Shown one piece after another: positions 1 to 12,212 of a stretch of 64,000 nucleotides of DNA (the first letter of the stretch is position 1; each line of letters starts with the position of its first letter). Source of the stretch: Macrostomum hystrix (Eukaryota > Animalia > Platyhelminthes). The translations under genes were made by a program, and so were the position numbers. Under the pieces are notes generated by a model. That model did no database searches. It worked only from the letters and a program-made list of their open reading frames with translations, and was not told where the DNA came from. The stretch covers positions 13,268,001-13,332,000 of the forward strand of contig CATNEN010000001.1 of the NCBI GenBank assembly GCA_950097015.1, in the 5' to 3' direction.

Positions 1-1610
1 ATCTAGAAATCCATGGATCTTTAATCTAGAAATCCCTGGATCTTTGATCTAGAAATCACTGGATCTTTAATCTAGAAATCCCTGGATCTTTGATCTATAA
101 ATCACTGGATCTTTGATCTAGAAATCCCTGGATCATTGATCAAGAAGTCCCAGGATATCTTATCTAGAAATCCCTGGATCTTTAATCTAGAAATCCCTGG
201 ATCTTTGATCTAGAAATCACTGGATCTTTGATCTAGAAATCCATGGATCTTTAATCTAGAAATCCCTGGATCTTTGATCTAGAAATCACTGGATCTTTAA
301 TCTAGAAATCCCAGGATCTTTGATCTATAAATCACTGGATCTTTAATCTAGAAATCCCAGGATCTTTGATCTAGAAATCCCTGGATCATTGATCAAGAAG
401 TCCCAGGATATCTTATCTAGAAATCCCTGGATCTTTAATCTAGAAATCCCTGGATCTTTGATCTAGAAATCACTGGATCTTTGATCTAGAAATCCATGGA
501 TCTTTAATCTAGAAATCCCTGGATCTTTGATCTAGAAATCACTGGATCTTTAATCTAGAAATCCCTGGATCTTTGATCTATAAATCACTGGATCTTTGAT
601 CTAGAAATCCCTGGATCATTGATCAAGAAGTCCCAGGATATCTTATCTAGAAATCCCTGGATCTTTAATCTAGAAATCCCTGGATCTTTGATCTAGAAAT
701 CACTGGATCTTTGATCTAGAAATCCATGGATCTTTAATCTAGAAATCCCTGGATCTTTGATCTAGAAATCACTGGATCTTTAATCTAGAAATCCCAGGAT
801 CTTTGATCTATAAATCACTGGATCTTTAATCTAGAAATCCCAGGATCTTTGATCTAGAAATCCCTGGATCATTGATCAAGAAGTCCCAGGATATCTTATC
901 TAGAAATCCCTGGATCTTTGATCTAGAAATCCATGGATCTTTAATCTAGAAATCACTGGATCTTTGATCTAGAAATCACTGGATCTTTAATCTAGAAATC
1001 CCAGGATCTTTGATCTAGAAATCACTGGATCTTTGATCTAGAAATCCCTGGATCATTGATCTAGAAATCACTGGATCTTTGATCTAGAAATCCCTGGATC
1101 ATTGATCAAGAAGTCCCAGGATATCTTATATAGAAATCCCTGGATCTTTAATCTAGAAATCCCAGGATCTTTGATCTAGAAATCACTGGATCTTTGATCT
1201 AGAAATCCCTGGATCATTGATCAAGAAGTCCCTGGATATCTTATCTAGAAATCCCTGGATCTTTGATCTAGAAATCCCTGGATCTTTGATCAAGAAGTCC
1301 CTGGATATCTTATCTAGAAATCCCTGGATCTTTGATCAAGAAGTCCCTGGATATCTTATCTAGAAATCCTTGGATCTTTGATCAAGAAGTCCCTGGATAT
1401 CTTATCTAGAAATCCTTGGATCTTTGATCAAGAAGTCCCTGGATATCTTATCTAGAAATCCCTGGATCTTTGATCAAGAAGTCCCTGGATATCTTATCTA
1501 GAAATCCCTGGATCTTTGATCAAGAAGTCCCTGGATCTTTGATCAAGAAGTCCCTGGATATCTTATCTAGAAATCCTTGGATCTTTGATCTAGAAATCCA
1601 TTGATCTTGT
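1..1610. repeat. 23-bp minisatellite ATCTAGAAATCCCTGGATCTTTG with higher-order structure
   Basis: Direct tandem units; the variant pattern recurs at offsets of 230 and 483 bp. Confidence 0.97.
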
Positions 1611-1814
1611 AATAAAATTCGTGGATTTTTATCTGAAACTGTTGATTAAGAAATCCCTGACAACTTTTTATAGAATAGTACAAGTACTACAAGTTAGTAT
1701 AGCCTTGTATTGCAAAGCTCGCATAATTTTTACAAAGCTCCTCACGAGCTAGCCTTATAAAGTCAAGTCTGTAAACCAGGTAAGCGAGCCTCAAAGAACA
1801 GAACTGTCCAATTT

Positions 1815-4426
1815 TCAAGCGCTGCCTCCGGTGCCAGTGAGGTCAAGCGCGGGTCCCAGATGATGTTGCTGCAGATACTGGTGCTTCTGTCCGTTGTTAT
1901 TGCTATTATTTATTAGGCTGCTGCAACTGCCGCTCATTGGGCCGGGACCCAGGTGAGCCGCCTGCATTGACAGGCAGTGCAGCAGGTGTTGATGCTGCTG
2001 ATGCTGCTGCTGCTGCTGCTGCTGCAAAATATCATGTTGATCTTGTTCGCTGTCGGAGTCCATTGGTGATGAGTCCATTGATGAAGCAGCTGCAGCTGCG
2101 GCAGCTGCTGCGGCAGCCACAGCGGCGGCAGCTGAACCCACCTGCTGATGATGCTGATCCTCGCTGCCTGCGTCAAACACCCGGCCAGCCGAGCCTCGGG
2201 TCTGCAGCTTCTTCCGCTTCATCCGGCGGTTCTGGAACCACACTTTCACCTGGAATGTGGCCAGGAGGTGGCGGTTTAGTCCAAGGTAAATATTATTTTT
2301 TCAAAAGGCACACACCTGAATCTTAACAATGAAACACCCAATCCCTATCCTGAGCCAATCAAATCCCTATCCTGAGCCAATCCGATCCCTATCCTGAGCC
2401 AATCAAATCCCTATCCTGAGCCAATCCAATCCCTATCCTGAGCCAATCCAATCCCTATCCTGAGCCAATCCAATCCCTATCCCGAGCCAATCCAATCCCT
2501 ATCGTGATCCAATCCAATCCCTATCCTGAGCCAATCCAATCCCTATCCTGAGCCAACCCAATCCCTATCGTGATCCAATCCAATCCCTATCGTGATCCAA
2601 TCCAATCCCTATCGTGATCCAATCCAATCCCTATCCTGAGCCAATCCAATCCGATCCTGAGCCAACCCAATCCCTATCGTGATCCAATCCAATCCCTATC
2701 GTGATCCAATCCAATCCCTATCGTGATCCAATCCAATCCCTAACCCAATCCCTATCCTGAACCAATCCAATCCCAAGCCACTGACCTGTCTCTCAGTGAG
2801 GTGCAGCTGGCAGGAAATCTCCCATCTCTTTTGTCGGGTAATATAGGCGTTGCTAATAAATTCGCGTTCAAGCATGGCTGTCTGGTAGCGCGTGTACGGC
2901 TTGCGCTTCTTTCGGCTGCGGCCTGCGAAGAAAAACGCGCGATGGTTACAAATTTCTTGTCGGCTATTGTGAGTAGCATGGATTGTCTGAGCAGAGATGG
3001 GATGTCAAGATTGTCTGAGCAGAGATGGGATGTCAAGATTGTCTGAGCAGAGATGGGATGTCAAGATTGCTTGAGCAGAGATGGGATCTCGAGATTGCCT
3101 GAGCAGAGATGGGATGTCATGTCAATACTGCTTTGGCAAAGATGGGATGTCAAGGTCTCACCTCCGGAACCAACAACCGAGCAGTCGCCATCGCCTGATT
3201 GAAGCAGCTGCTGAGCCTGATGATGCTGATGCAGCAGGTGCTGAGCCTGGCTGTCATCCTGCTGTTGATGCGCAGCAGCCGCAGCTGCAGCAGCAGCCGC
3301 AGCGGCCGCAGCGGCCGCAGCAACTGACCGTGGCGGCAGCATGATGTCGGCGGGATGCGAAGCGGCGCCGAAGAGGTAAGGCGAAGCATGACTCATGTAC
3401 AGGTCCGGCCTGATGGTTTGAAAATTGGGGGCCAACTACGAGTAATAGACAGCGGCAGCTATACCTGTTAGACAGCGGCAGCTATACCTGTTAGACAGCG
3501 GCAGCTACCTGTTAGACAGCGGCAGCTACCTGTTAGACAGCGGCAGCTAACTGTTAGACAGGGGCAGCTATACCTGTTAGACAGGGGCAGCTACCTGTTA
3601 GACAGGGGCAGCTACCTGTTAGACAGGGGCAGCTATACCTGTTAGACAGGGGCAGCTACCTGTTAGACAGGGGCAGCTACCTGTTAGACAGTTCCAATAC
3701 ACAGCAAACCATCTCTCACCTGTGCTGCTGCTGCTGCTGCGAGTCAAACGATGCCTGCCCCTGATGATGCCCGGAGCCTGTGATCTGCTGTTGCTGACTG
3801 GCTATCTGGTGATGCTGATGATGAGGAATAGGGAAGCCTGCAGCCAAGACCACATCGGAGGAGCCGGGTGCTGAGGTGGGACTAGTGCCACTAATACCGT
3901 AGTGCTGCTGGTGGTGGTGATGCCCTTGGTGACTAGAGATGCCGCTTGACTGTCCGTCAACTGCAAGCCCGTAGCTTTGCTGATAATGCGACGGCAGCGG
4001 TGGCCAAGCGGCATAGCCAGAAACAGTGTGACGCGAGTCTTGATGCTGCTGCTGCTGGTGCTGCTGCTGGTAGCCAGCGAATAGGCCAACTGGAGCAGCG
4101 CGCGAATCCATCACAGCCATCTTGTTCCAATGCCAATTTCTTGGGTAACAATAATAGCTATAGTGGTCTTCTTCCTCTTCAGCAGCTTCTTCGACCTCGG
4201 CCAGTTTCTGGCTCGACTTAGTATAGTTAGAATCGGATGTAGACTCCGTTGTGCAATTTGAATGACTAGTTCTTGTCGATTCCTGATCAGCAGTAGGGGC
4301 GCAATAAAAATAACATTGTTGGTAATAATTAGATAAATCATACTTCGATGACGAATTTGAATTCCAGGCACTGAGCTGCTGCTGCTGAATCTCAGCTAGT
4401 GCTAGTCGGGTTCTGCTCTGTTGCAT
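1815..4426 (-). CDS. Post2: Posterior Hox gene Post2 (Abd-B class), 4 exons, ~508 aa
   Basis: Exons (minus): 4426-3720, 3409-3162, 2922-2786, 2249-1815. All introns are GT-AG with phases 2/1/0, totalling 1527 nt. The spliced homeodomain [43 protein letters not shown]|[14 protein letters not shown] carries the Post2-type PYTRYQT and [11 protein letters not shown] signatures. The two 5' exons are low-complexity and less certain. Confidence 0.93.
2340..2775. repeat. 22-bp minisatellite ATCCCTATCCTGAGCCAATCCA (Post2 intron 3)
   Basis: About 19 tandem units. Confidence 0.95.
2981..3153. repeat. 28-bp minisatellite GATTGTCTGAGCAGAGATGGGATGTCAA (Post2 intron 2)
   Basis: About 6 units, degrading toward the donor site. 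Confidence 0.92.
3446..3691. repeat. 21/23-bp minisatellite TAGACAGGGGCAGCTA(TA)CCTGT (Post2 intron 1)
   Basis: About 11 units; the minus strand reads CTAACAG|GTA. Confidence 0.95.
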
Positions 4427-5059
4427 GACTAAGTCTTAATCCTTTTAACTGTTGTGTGCGTTTTTATTTTATTTCGTGTTTCAATTAGTCTAATCTAAAC
4501 TGGCCGAAAACTTCCTGCTCAGTAGGAATTTGTTTTAACTGACCTCTTATCTATCTTATTCTTGATTCTTATCTATCTCGCCTGGGTGGGGTCCCGTTAC
4601 CCCCATGTTGTTTTTACCGCGAGGTGTGATAGGCCGAAACTGCCTGTCTGGACTGGGGCTGTCGGGCGCTTGTGGTGGTGAGGGAGGAGACAGGGAGAGA
4701 AATTGAGGTGGGTGGGCTGGTCTCGTAAACAAGGTTTCTTTTTTAAAACGTTTTTATACGCCTTTTTTATAACATCAGAAATTTGCATTACAATTAAAAC
4801 CGATTAAGCTTTCCCCCTCACTGAAGAAGACTTTCCCTGAGCTATTTCAGATTTTAAGTTGTTTTTGATTCCAGTTTAATTATAACTTAGGATAGTCTTA
4901 ACTTACAGTGCATTTTCTATGGTTGTTTTAATCACAGAACCTAGAAGCCATGTAATTATCCAAAACCATATAAGGCTGCTACGCAATATCGCCAGTAAAA
5001 TTGAACTGGTGTCCTTTATGGTTACCCCCATCCCCTGTGGCCTATAACTTTAACCCATA

Positions 5060-5560
5060 AGTTCATAACCTTCATGATCCCTTACGACCCATTGCTTCAT
5101 GCCCTAATCATACATGGCCTTCAGGATCCCCTATAACCTATGACCCATGGCCTTCATGATCCCCTATGACCAATGGCCTTCATGATCCCCTATGACCCAT
5201 GGCCTTCATGATCCCCTATAACCTATGACCCATGGCCTTCATGATCCCCTATGACCCATGGCCTTCATGATCCCCTATGACCCATGGCCTTCATGATCCC
5301 TTATGACCCATGGCCTTCATGATCCCTTATGACCCATGGCCTTCATGATCCCCTATGACCCATGGCCTTCATGATCCCTATGACCCATGGCCTTCATGAT
5401 CCCCTATGACCCATGGCCTTCATGATTCCCTATGACCCATGGCCTTCATGATCCCCTATGACCCATGGCCTTCATGATCCCCTATGACCCATGGCCTTCA
5501 TGATCCCTATGACCCATGGCCTTCATGATTCCCTATGAACCATGGCCTTCATGATCCCTT
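5060..5560. repeat. 26-bp minisatellite TATGACCCATGGCCTTCATGATCCCC
   Basis: Tandem units with a degenerate 5' edge. Confidence 0.95.
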
Positions 5561-6189
5561 GTAACGTTAATAGATGACGCAGAAAAATCCTAACACAGAA
5601 TGCCAACATGACTACTTAAAACGCACTTGCAAGTAGGCCCTGTTGTGCGCTTCAATACCAAAAAGCATTTTCGCACAGAACAATGCTCCAAAAATTTTAC
5701 GACGAATTTTTGGAAGGAAAATAAGCTTTTGGGATTTGGGGATTCGAAGAAATGGGAAAGAAGAGATGGGAAGTGAGTGGAGCGGGGTAGCTGCGCAGCT
5801 GGCATAGGGCAATAAATGCGGCATTAAAAATACTGGCCGCGACCGGTAGGGTCGGCTGATTCTCCAAGATTCCCAAAACTGCAGAGTCAGCGACATTTTG
5901 CCGCGCCGTGGTCCGGTCGTAAAAATCTAGATATAAAGACAGGCCGAGCTTTCAGCCGGAGCTGGGGAAATCAAATCAGATGCGAGGGAAATAGGGCCGG
6001 GCATTGGGCTGAAAGGGATGTTGGGGATAGCTGAGCTTTCAGGGTTGGGGAGGTCGCTTTCTTCCCCTTCCGCAGTTTCAGGTTCCCTTTCGGAATGGGG
6101 AATAATTTCCTTTCTCGATCCGGAGCCAATGTGGAAACGCCAAGCGAAAATAGAAAATCATTTTGAAGAACTCAGATTCCATTAATTGA

Positions 6190-6290
6190 CATGCTTTTAC
6201 TCTGCTGTGCATGCTTTTACTCTGCTTTGCATGCTTTTACTCTGCTTTGCATGCTTTTACTCTGCTTTGCATGCTTTTACTCTGCTTTGC
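6190..6290. repeat. 20-bp repeat ATGCTTTTACTCTGCTTTGC x5
   Basis: Direct tandem units. Confidence 0.95.
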
Positions 6291-6362
6291 TAGAACTTTT
6301 CAGGTACTAGGAAAAGAGAAACTAAAAATACGAGTATGTTTCAATTCTACATTTCACCTTAT

Positions 6363-6575
6363 AGATTGACCCCCTTATCTCAATTTGAAGATTGACCCCA
6401 TTATCTCAATTTGAAGATTGACCCCCTTATCTCAATTTGAAGATTGACCCCCTTATCCCAATTTGAAGATTGGCCCCCTTATCCCAATTTGAAGATTGGC
6501 CCCCTTATCCCAATTTGAAGATTGGCCCCCTTATCCCAATTTGAAGATTGGCCCCTTATCCCAATTTGAAGATTT
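6363..6575. repeat. 26-bp minisatellite GAAGATTGGCCCCCTTATCCCAATTT
   Basis: About 8 units. Confidence 0.95.
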
Positions 6576-7357
6576 GAAAGCTGTCCCCTGAGCAATGAAG
6601 TTAGTTTCGGCCAGTCCATGAAGGTTTTATTAGGTGTCGCAGTTCACACATTTCCCAGCAATGGCTGACCTATCTATGCTCAAAGTTTTACTGCTCATGC
6701 TGCAGGACTCGGAGAGCGCACGCAGTGAGCAAAAAGACATAAAAACGCTCTGAGATCTGTAAAAAGTCTAAAAGGAAGACCTCTCTACTCATGGGTTTTA
6801 CTGCTCACAGCCCCTATATAGCAATAGCTGGCTGTGCTCATCCCCTGCTATATGGCTGAGCAGAGCGTGTGCCAGCGCGACCGCGGGATGTTGCCAATAA
6901 CAATAAAAGACAGTTCTAGAGCGAGCTGAGAGTTGAGCATAGGAGGAGAGCAGTAAAAAATTGGCTCCAACTGGCAGCGTGTGGTGTGTCATCCTTTCAC
7001 CCTGCAATGCACCGCCAACCCTATTCTTCGCGACTCTCTTCTAACACTATAAAAGATGTTCGAATTTGGCGCACGGGAATTTCATTTTACATTTTTTACA
7101 ACTTCCCCTCGGAAATTTGCTTTCGTCTGCAGAGGTGAGCGACATGAAGCCTATTTTATGAGGGCCGACGATGCTGCAGCTCGTCTGCGATATCTTCTTT
7201 TGTGGTTTTCTGCTTTCAATTACCATTGTCTCTGTCTGTTTGTGAGCTTGTCACTGTTTTTGAGCGTGCATTTCTTCAGCCATTGTCGCTGCTGATGTCG
7301 TTTCGTATTATTCTGGCCTAACTCGATTTCATAATCTCAGTTTATTCCTCATAACTA

Positions 7358-8415
7358 CAGAGACAAGAGTGATGGATCAGAGAGACAAGAGTGACAGATC
7401 AGAGAGACAAGAGTGACAGATCAGAGAGATAAGAGTGACAGATCAGAGAGACAAGAGTGACAGATCAGAGAGAGAGAAGAGCGACAGATCAGAGAGAGGA
7501 GTGACATATCAGAAAGAGTGTAGAGTGACAGATCAGGGAGAGAGAAGAGTGACAGATCAGGGAGAGAGAAGAGTGACAGATCAGGGAGAGAGAAGAGTGA
7601 CAGATCAGGGAGAGAGAAGAGTGACAGATCAGAGAGACAAGAGTGACAGATCAGAGAGACAAGAGTGACAGACCAGAGAGACAAGAGTGACAGATCAGAG
7701 AGACAAGAGTGACAGATCAGAGAGACAAGAGTGACAGATCAGAGAGACAAGAGTGACAGATCAGAGAGACAAGAGTGACAGATCAGAGAGAGAGAAGAGC
7801 GACAGATCAGAGAGAGAGAAGAGTGACAGATCAGAGAGAGGAGTGACATATCAGAAAGAGTGTAGAGTGACAGACCAGAGAGAAGAGTGACAGGTCACAG
7901 AGAGAAAAGAGTGATAGATCAGAGGGAGAAGAGTGACAGGTCACAGAGAGAAAAGAGTGACAGATCAGAGAGAGAGAAGAGTGACAGATCAGATAGAGAG
8001 AAGAATGACAGATTAGGGAGAGAGAAGAGTGACAGATCAGGGAGAGAGAAGAGTGACAGATCAGGGAGAGAGAAGAGTGACAGATCACAGAGAGAAGTGA
8101 CATATCAGAAGGAGTGTAGAGTGACAGACAAGAGAGAAGAGTGACAGGTCACGGAGAGAAAAGAGTGATAGACCAGAGAGAGAAGAGTGACAGGTCACGG
8201 AGAGAAAAGAGTGATAGACCAGAGAGAGAAGAGTGACAGGTCACGGAGAGAAAAGAGTGATAGACCAGAGAGAGAAGAGTGACAGGTCACGGAGAGAAAA
8301 GAGTGATAGACCAGAGAGAGAAGAGTGACAGGTCACAGAGAGAAAAGAGTGATAGATCAGAGGGAGAAGAGTGACAGATCAGAGAGAGAGAAGAGTGACA
8401 GATCAGGGAGAGAGT
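7358..8415. repeat. 22/24-bp purine-rich minisatellite AGAGAGACAAGAGTGACAGATC
   Basis: Tandem units with AG slippage variants. Confidence 0.95.
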
Positions 8416-8881
8416 ATTTTTTAAAAAGCTGTTAAAAGTGACATTTAACAATTTGTGGCACCTTTAGCTTTTGTGACAGAGTGCAGCACAATCATTAAAC
8501 TCTGTAGACTTGTTGTTGGCTTGGTCAGAATAATGGTTTTCCGCAACTTAATAAAAGAACAGCACAATAAACTATAGCCATAATTGTTTCAGCTAGAGAC
8601 TCAATAGAAATATGCATTTCATCTGTGGCATATGCAAAGAGCTGTATACAAAAGTAGGCCAGAACAATCGTTTTAGGTGCCAAATGAGCAAGGGTATTGA
8701 AGTCCTGAATTAATAAACAATTTACAGTGCTGATTTACGCGCAATATATAAAGGGTTATAAATTTATGAAAGACTTATTGTCGACGTTGAGAAATACTCA
8801 CTGCACTGATGGGCATTATGAAATTACGATATTTCGAATATCGAATCGAACAGAATATCGAGGTTTATAAGATTAGATTTA

Positions 8882-9000
8882 GGGGGTAGAAGTGGAGGGA
8901 GTTAAAAGTATATTCATGGGGTAGAAGTGGAGGGAGATAAGGGTAGATTCAAGGGGTAGAAGTGGAGGGAGATAAGGGCAGATTCAAGGGGTAGAAGTGG
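8882..9000. repeat. ~34-bp repeat GGGGTAGAAGTGGAGGGAGATAAGGGTAGATTCA abutting the truncated Gypsy element
   Basis: About 3.5 units; the last ends exactly where gag-like sequence begins. Confidence 0.85.
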
Positions 9001-11934
9001 ACGCTGGACCTCGCCATCCAGATGGGTCGAGCGTCGGAGACTTCGAAGCGGCAGCGCAGACCCTCGCCACAGCGCAGATCAGCCGAGCAACGCCTGCACC
9101 CGCACCAGCGTCCGTCGAGGCAGTTCAAGGCCGAACCAGCCGGTCGCAGCCCGCCAGCAATGCCAAGCCGGCTCGCAGCTGCGGCTTCTGCGGACAGCAG
9201 CTTGAGCGGCGCAAGTGCCCGGCATTCGGTAAGACCTGCAATAACTGTGGTCGCGCAAAGCATTTCTCGTCCGTGTGCTGCTCAGCTAAGAAGGTCTGGT
9301 GGAGAACACCGAGACCGAGTCCGCAGGTGATGGCCCGGCTGCAGCAATCATGACCGTGGAGCAGCCAGGTGCTCGAACCAATGCTCAAACCGACAGCTCG
9401 GCGATGATGGTGTGCCTGACTGTCACGGACTCTGGAAGAAATCTGCAGTTCAAGGTGGACACCGGTGCGGACGTCAAGGTGATCCCTCTGAGACGGCTGA
9501 TCCAGCTCGCCTCTGCAGCATCGATTGAGCCGCAATCCTGGACTCTGACAACGTACAACAAGCAGCTGCTGGACGTGGTCGGCATCACGTACTTGACTGT
9601 GTCTTCGCCCTGCCGGAAGAATGCCCGACTTCAGTTTGTTGTTGTCGGCGAGAACTCCACGCCCATCATCGGCTGGAAGTCAGCGATTGAGGAGCTGCAG
9701 CTGGTCAAGTTCTCGTTGCAGCAGAGTCCAAGCAGCATCAGCAAGGTGAGCATACGCGCATACTTGAGGCATACGCGCAGATTGAGAAGGAGCTCCTGGC
9801 TATTGTGTACGGCTGCAAGAAATTTCACCGCTGCCTCTGGGGCCGCACTGTCAATGTCCAGAGTGACCATAAGCCACTGGAGTCCATCTTAAAGAAGCAG
9901 CTCTGTGACACCACGCCGCGCATCCAGCGCTTGCTGCTGCAGCTGCAGCCCTACGACATTCGTGTGAAGTACACGCCAGGAAAGGAGCTGTACGTCGCAG
10001 ACACGCTAAGCCGAGCTCACGGAAAGACGGACAGCCTGACGCTTCTGCTGGAGGAAGCTTTGGACGGACAAGTGCTAGCTGTGGAGCGATGCTTCAGTGG
10101 AGACCGCGAGATTCTGACAATGATCAAGAAGGCCACGGCTGCAGACCAGACGAGCCAGCGTCTGCAGGAGGTCATTCAAGCCGGATGGCCCGAGCATCGA
10201 AACCGACTACCTGACGATTTGAAAGTATTTTGGAATCTTCGCCATGATCCGACTTTCGTCTCAGGACTCCTGTGCCTGAAGGACCGCATCTACGTGCCAG
10301 CCGGGAGCGCCAGAAGCTCGATCCTAAGAATTTTGCACGCCGGACACCCTGGAATCGTCAAGATGGACCTGAAAGCCAAAGATTATTTTTACTGGCCAGG
10401 AATGCGCACCTGCATCGAGCGAACTGTCAGCCAGTGCGAGGCCTGCCAGCGCAACGTGAAGGCCCAGTCAAAGGAGACTTTGATGACCGTTGAAATGCCC
10501 GAGTTTCCGTTCCAAGTCTGCTCGACCGACTTGTTCGAGTTCCGTGGTGCTGCGCACCTGGTGTACGTAGACGCCTTCAGCCACTGGATGAGCATCACCC
10601 GCCTGCGGTCGACAACAAGCCTGGCAATAGTTCAGGTGCTCCAAGACCATTTCCAGAACTTTGGAGTGCAGAGAAGCTCATCAGTGACAACGGGCCGCAG
10701 TTCACCGCAGGAGAGTTCCGCCAGTTCATGACCAGATTTCAAGTGGAGCACCGCACATCGAGTCCGGCCTACCCGCAGTCCAACGGCAAAGCAGAGCGAT
10801 ATGTGCAGACTGCCAAGAATATGATGAAGAAGTGCCAGCAGACTGGACAGAGCCTGGCACTGGCCCTTTTGCACTATCGCAACACGCCGGTCGGCAGCGG
10901 CTTCCCCAGCCCAGCGGAAATGGCGTTTGGCCGGAAACTGCGGTGCGACCTGCCGACAACGGTGCAAGATCTGCGGCCTCGGGAGACCTACGTGCATGCC
11001 AGCATCGAAGCATTCCAGAAGGAGCGGACCCGGGCAGCTCAGCTCTACAACCGTGGTGCGCGCGCACTTCGACGCTTGGAGGTCGGCGAGCCGGTCTGGC
11101 TTCAGTGCGATCGTCGGAACTGGGTGGCTGCCGAGGTCGACAGCGAGGTGGACGGCAGCCCGCGGTCGTACTGGCTTCGCACGGAGTCGGGCCAGCTGCT
11201 CAGGCGCAACCGGCGGTTTATCGGGTCACGTGAGATCGGCGTGCCATTCCATGAAAGCTACCCAGTGGCAGTGGCTGATGAGGATGTCAATCAGTCGGAG
11301 GCGGACGACCAGCAGGCATCCGTGCAACCGGCCGTGCAACCGGCCGTGCAACCGGCGACAGAGCAGCCTGCAGAGCCAGTGCAGCCAGCTGAGCAGCCGA
11401 CATCTGTGCAACCGTGCTCAAGCTCGGACGACTCTGGGTTCCGGACCAAGCGAGGTCGGCTTGTCCATCAGCCGCAGAGGTACCAGGCCTCGTGGTGAAC
11501 TTTTGAGTGAAAACTGACTGTTGGCTGAATTTAAATGAACTGGAAGCTCTTTTTAAGTTCCTATAATTTTGGTGAAAGGAGGTATGGCAGAAGTTGATGT
11601 GTTGTCTTTGCTGCTCAAGCGAGCGATTTAACAAACGGTCTAAAATGATATTTTTCAACGTTAATATTGTATTGTTCCATATGATCGTAAAATATTTCAA
11701 TGTTTTTCTTTTTTCCCATTCAACTGTTTTCGTGCGACTCCATTCGTGCTACTCTATTCGTTCTACTATATTCGTGCCATTATATTCGTACTTTTCAATG
11801 TAAGGAGGTGTTGTGTAATGATCGATGCTGGCTAGCCGACGTGCAGTCTTTCTCTTTCTCTCTCAGTGCACCTGCCCCCCACACTTTAAGCGGTTCGTAG
11901 CTCGCACACACTCGCCTTGACTTCTAACATAACA
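8997..11934 (+). mobile_element. Decayed, 5'-truncated Ty3/Gypsy LTR retrotransposon (gag zinc knuckle, protease, partial RNase H, integrase, 3' LTR); RT missing
   Basis: Zinc knuckle CPAFGKTCNNCGRAKHFSSVC; protease FKVDTGADV; RNase H YAQIEKELLAIVYGC..SDHKPL; integrase HAGHPG..CEAC, STDLF, ISDNGPQF, SNGKAER. Domain order is PR-RH-IN. Frame breaks near 9300, 9760 and 10670. Confidence 0.92.
11809..11934 (+). mobile_element. Short (126 bp) 3' LTR of the Gypsy element
   Basis: Purine tract AAGGAGG is followed directly by TGTTGTGT ... ACATAACA (imperfect terminal inverted repeat, TG..CA), downstream of the integrase ORF. No 5' LTR is present to confirm it. Confidence 0.6.
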
Positions 11935-12212
11935 GTAAGTGTGTAGTTATTATTGTCGACCCAAAAGCCAAGGAGTTAAAATGAAAAGCTAAAACTTAAA
12001 AATGTTTAATTGTCCACTTTAACTATAATAAACTTGCTCGAGTGTCTTCCAAGAGCGGTTCAAGTGGAAATTAATATTTTTTTAATTCCAAAAAGGTAAT
12101 TAAACTCGTAAAATGCTTAGACTAGATTGGTAAAGAAAAGCAAGCATAAAAGGATTAACAAAAATGCTCTTGATGAAATTGCTGCTGCAGCATGAAGCAC
12201 TTGTCTATAATT

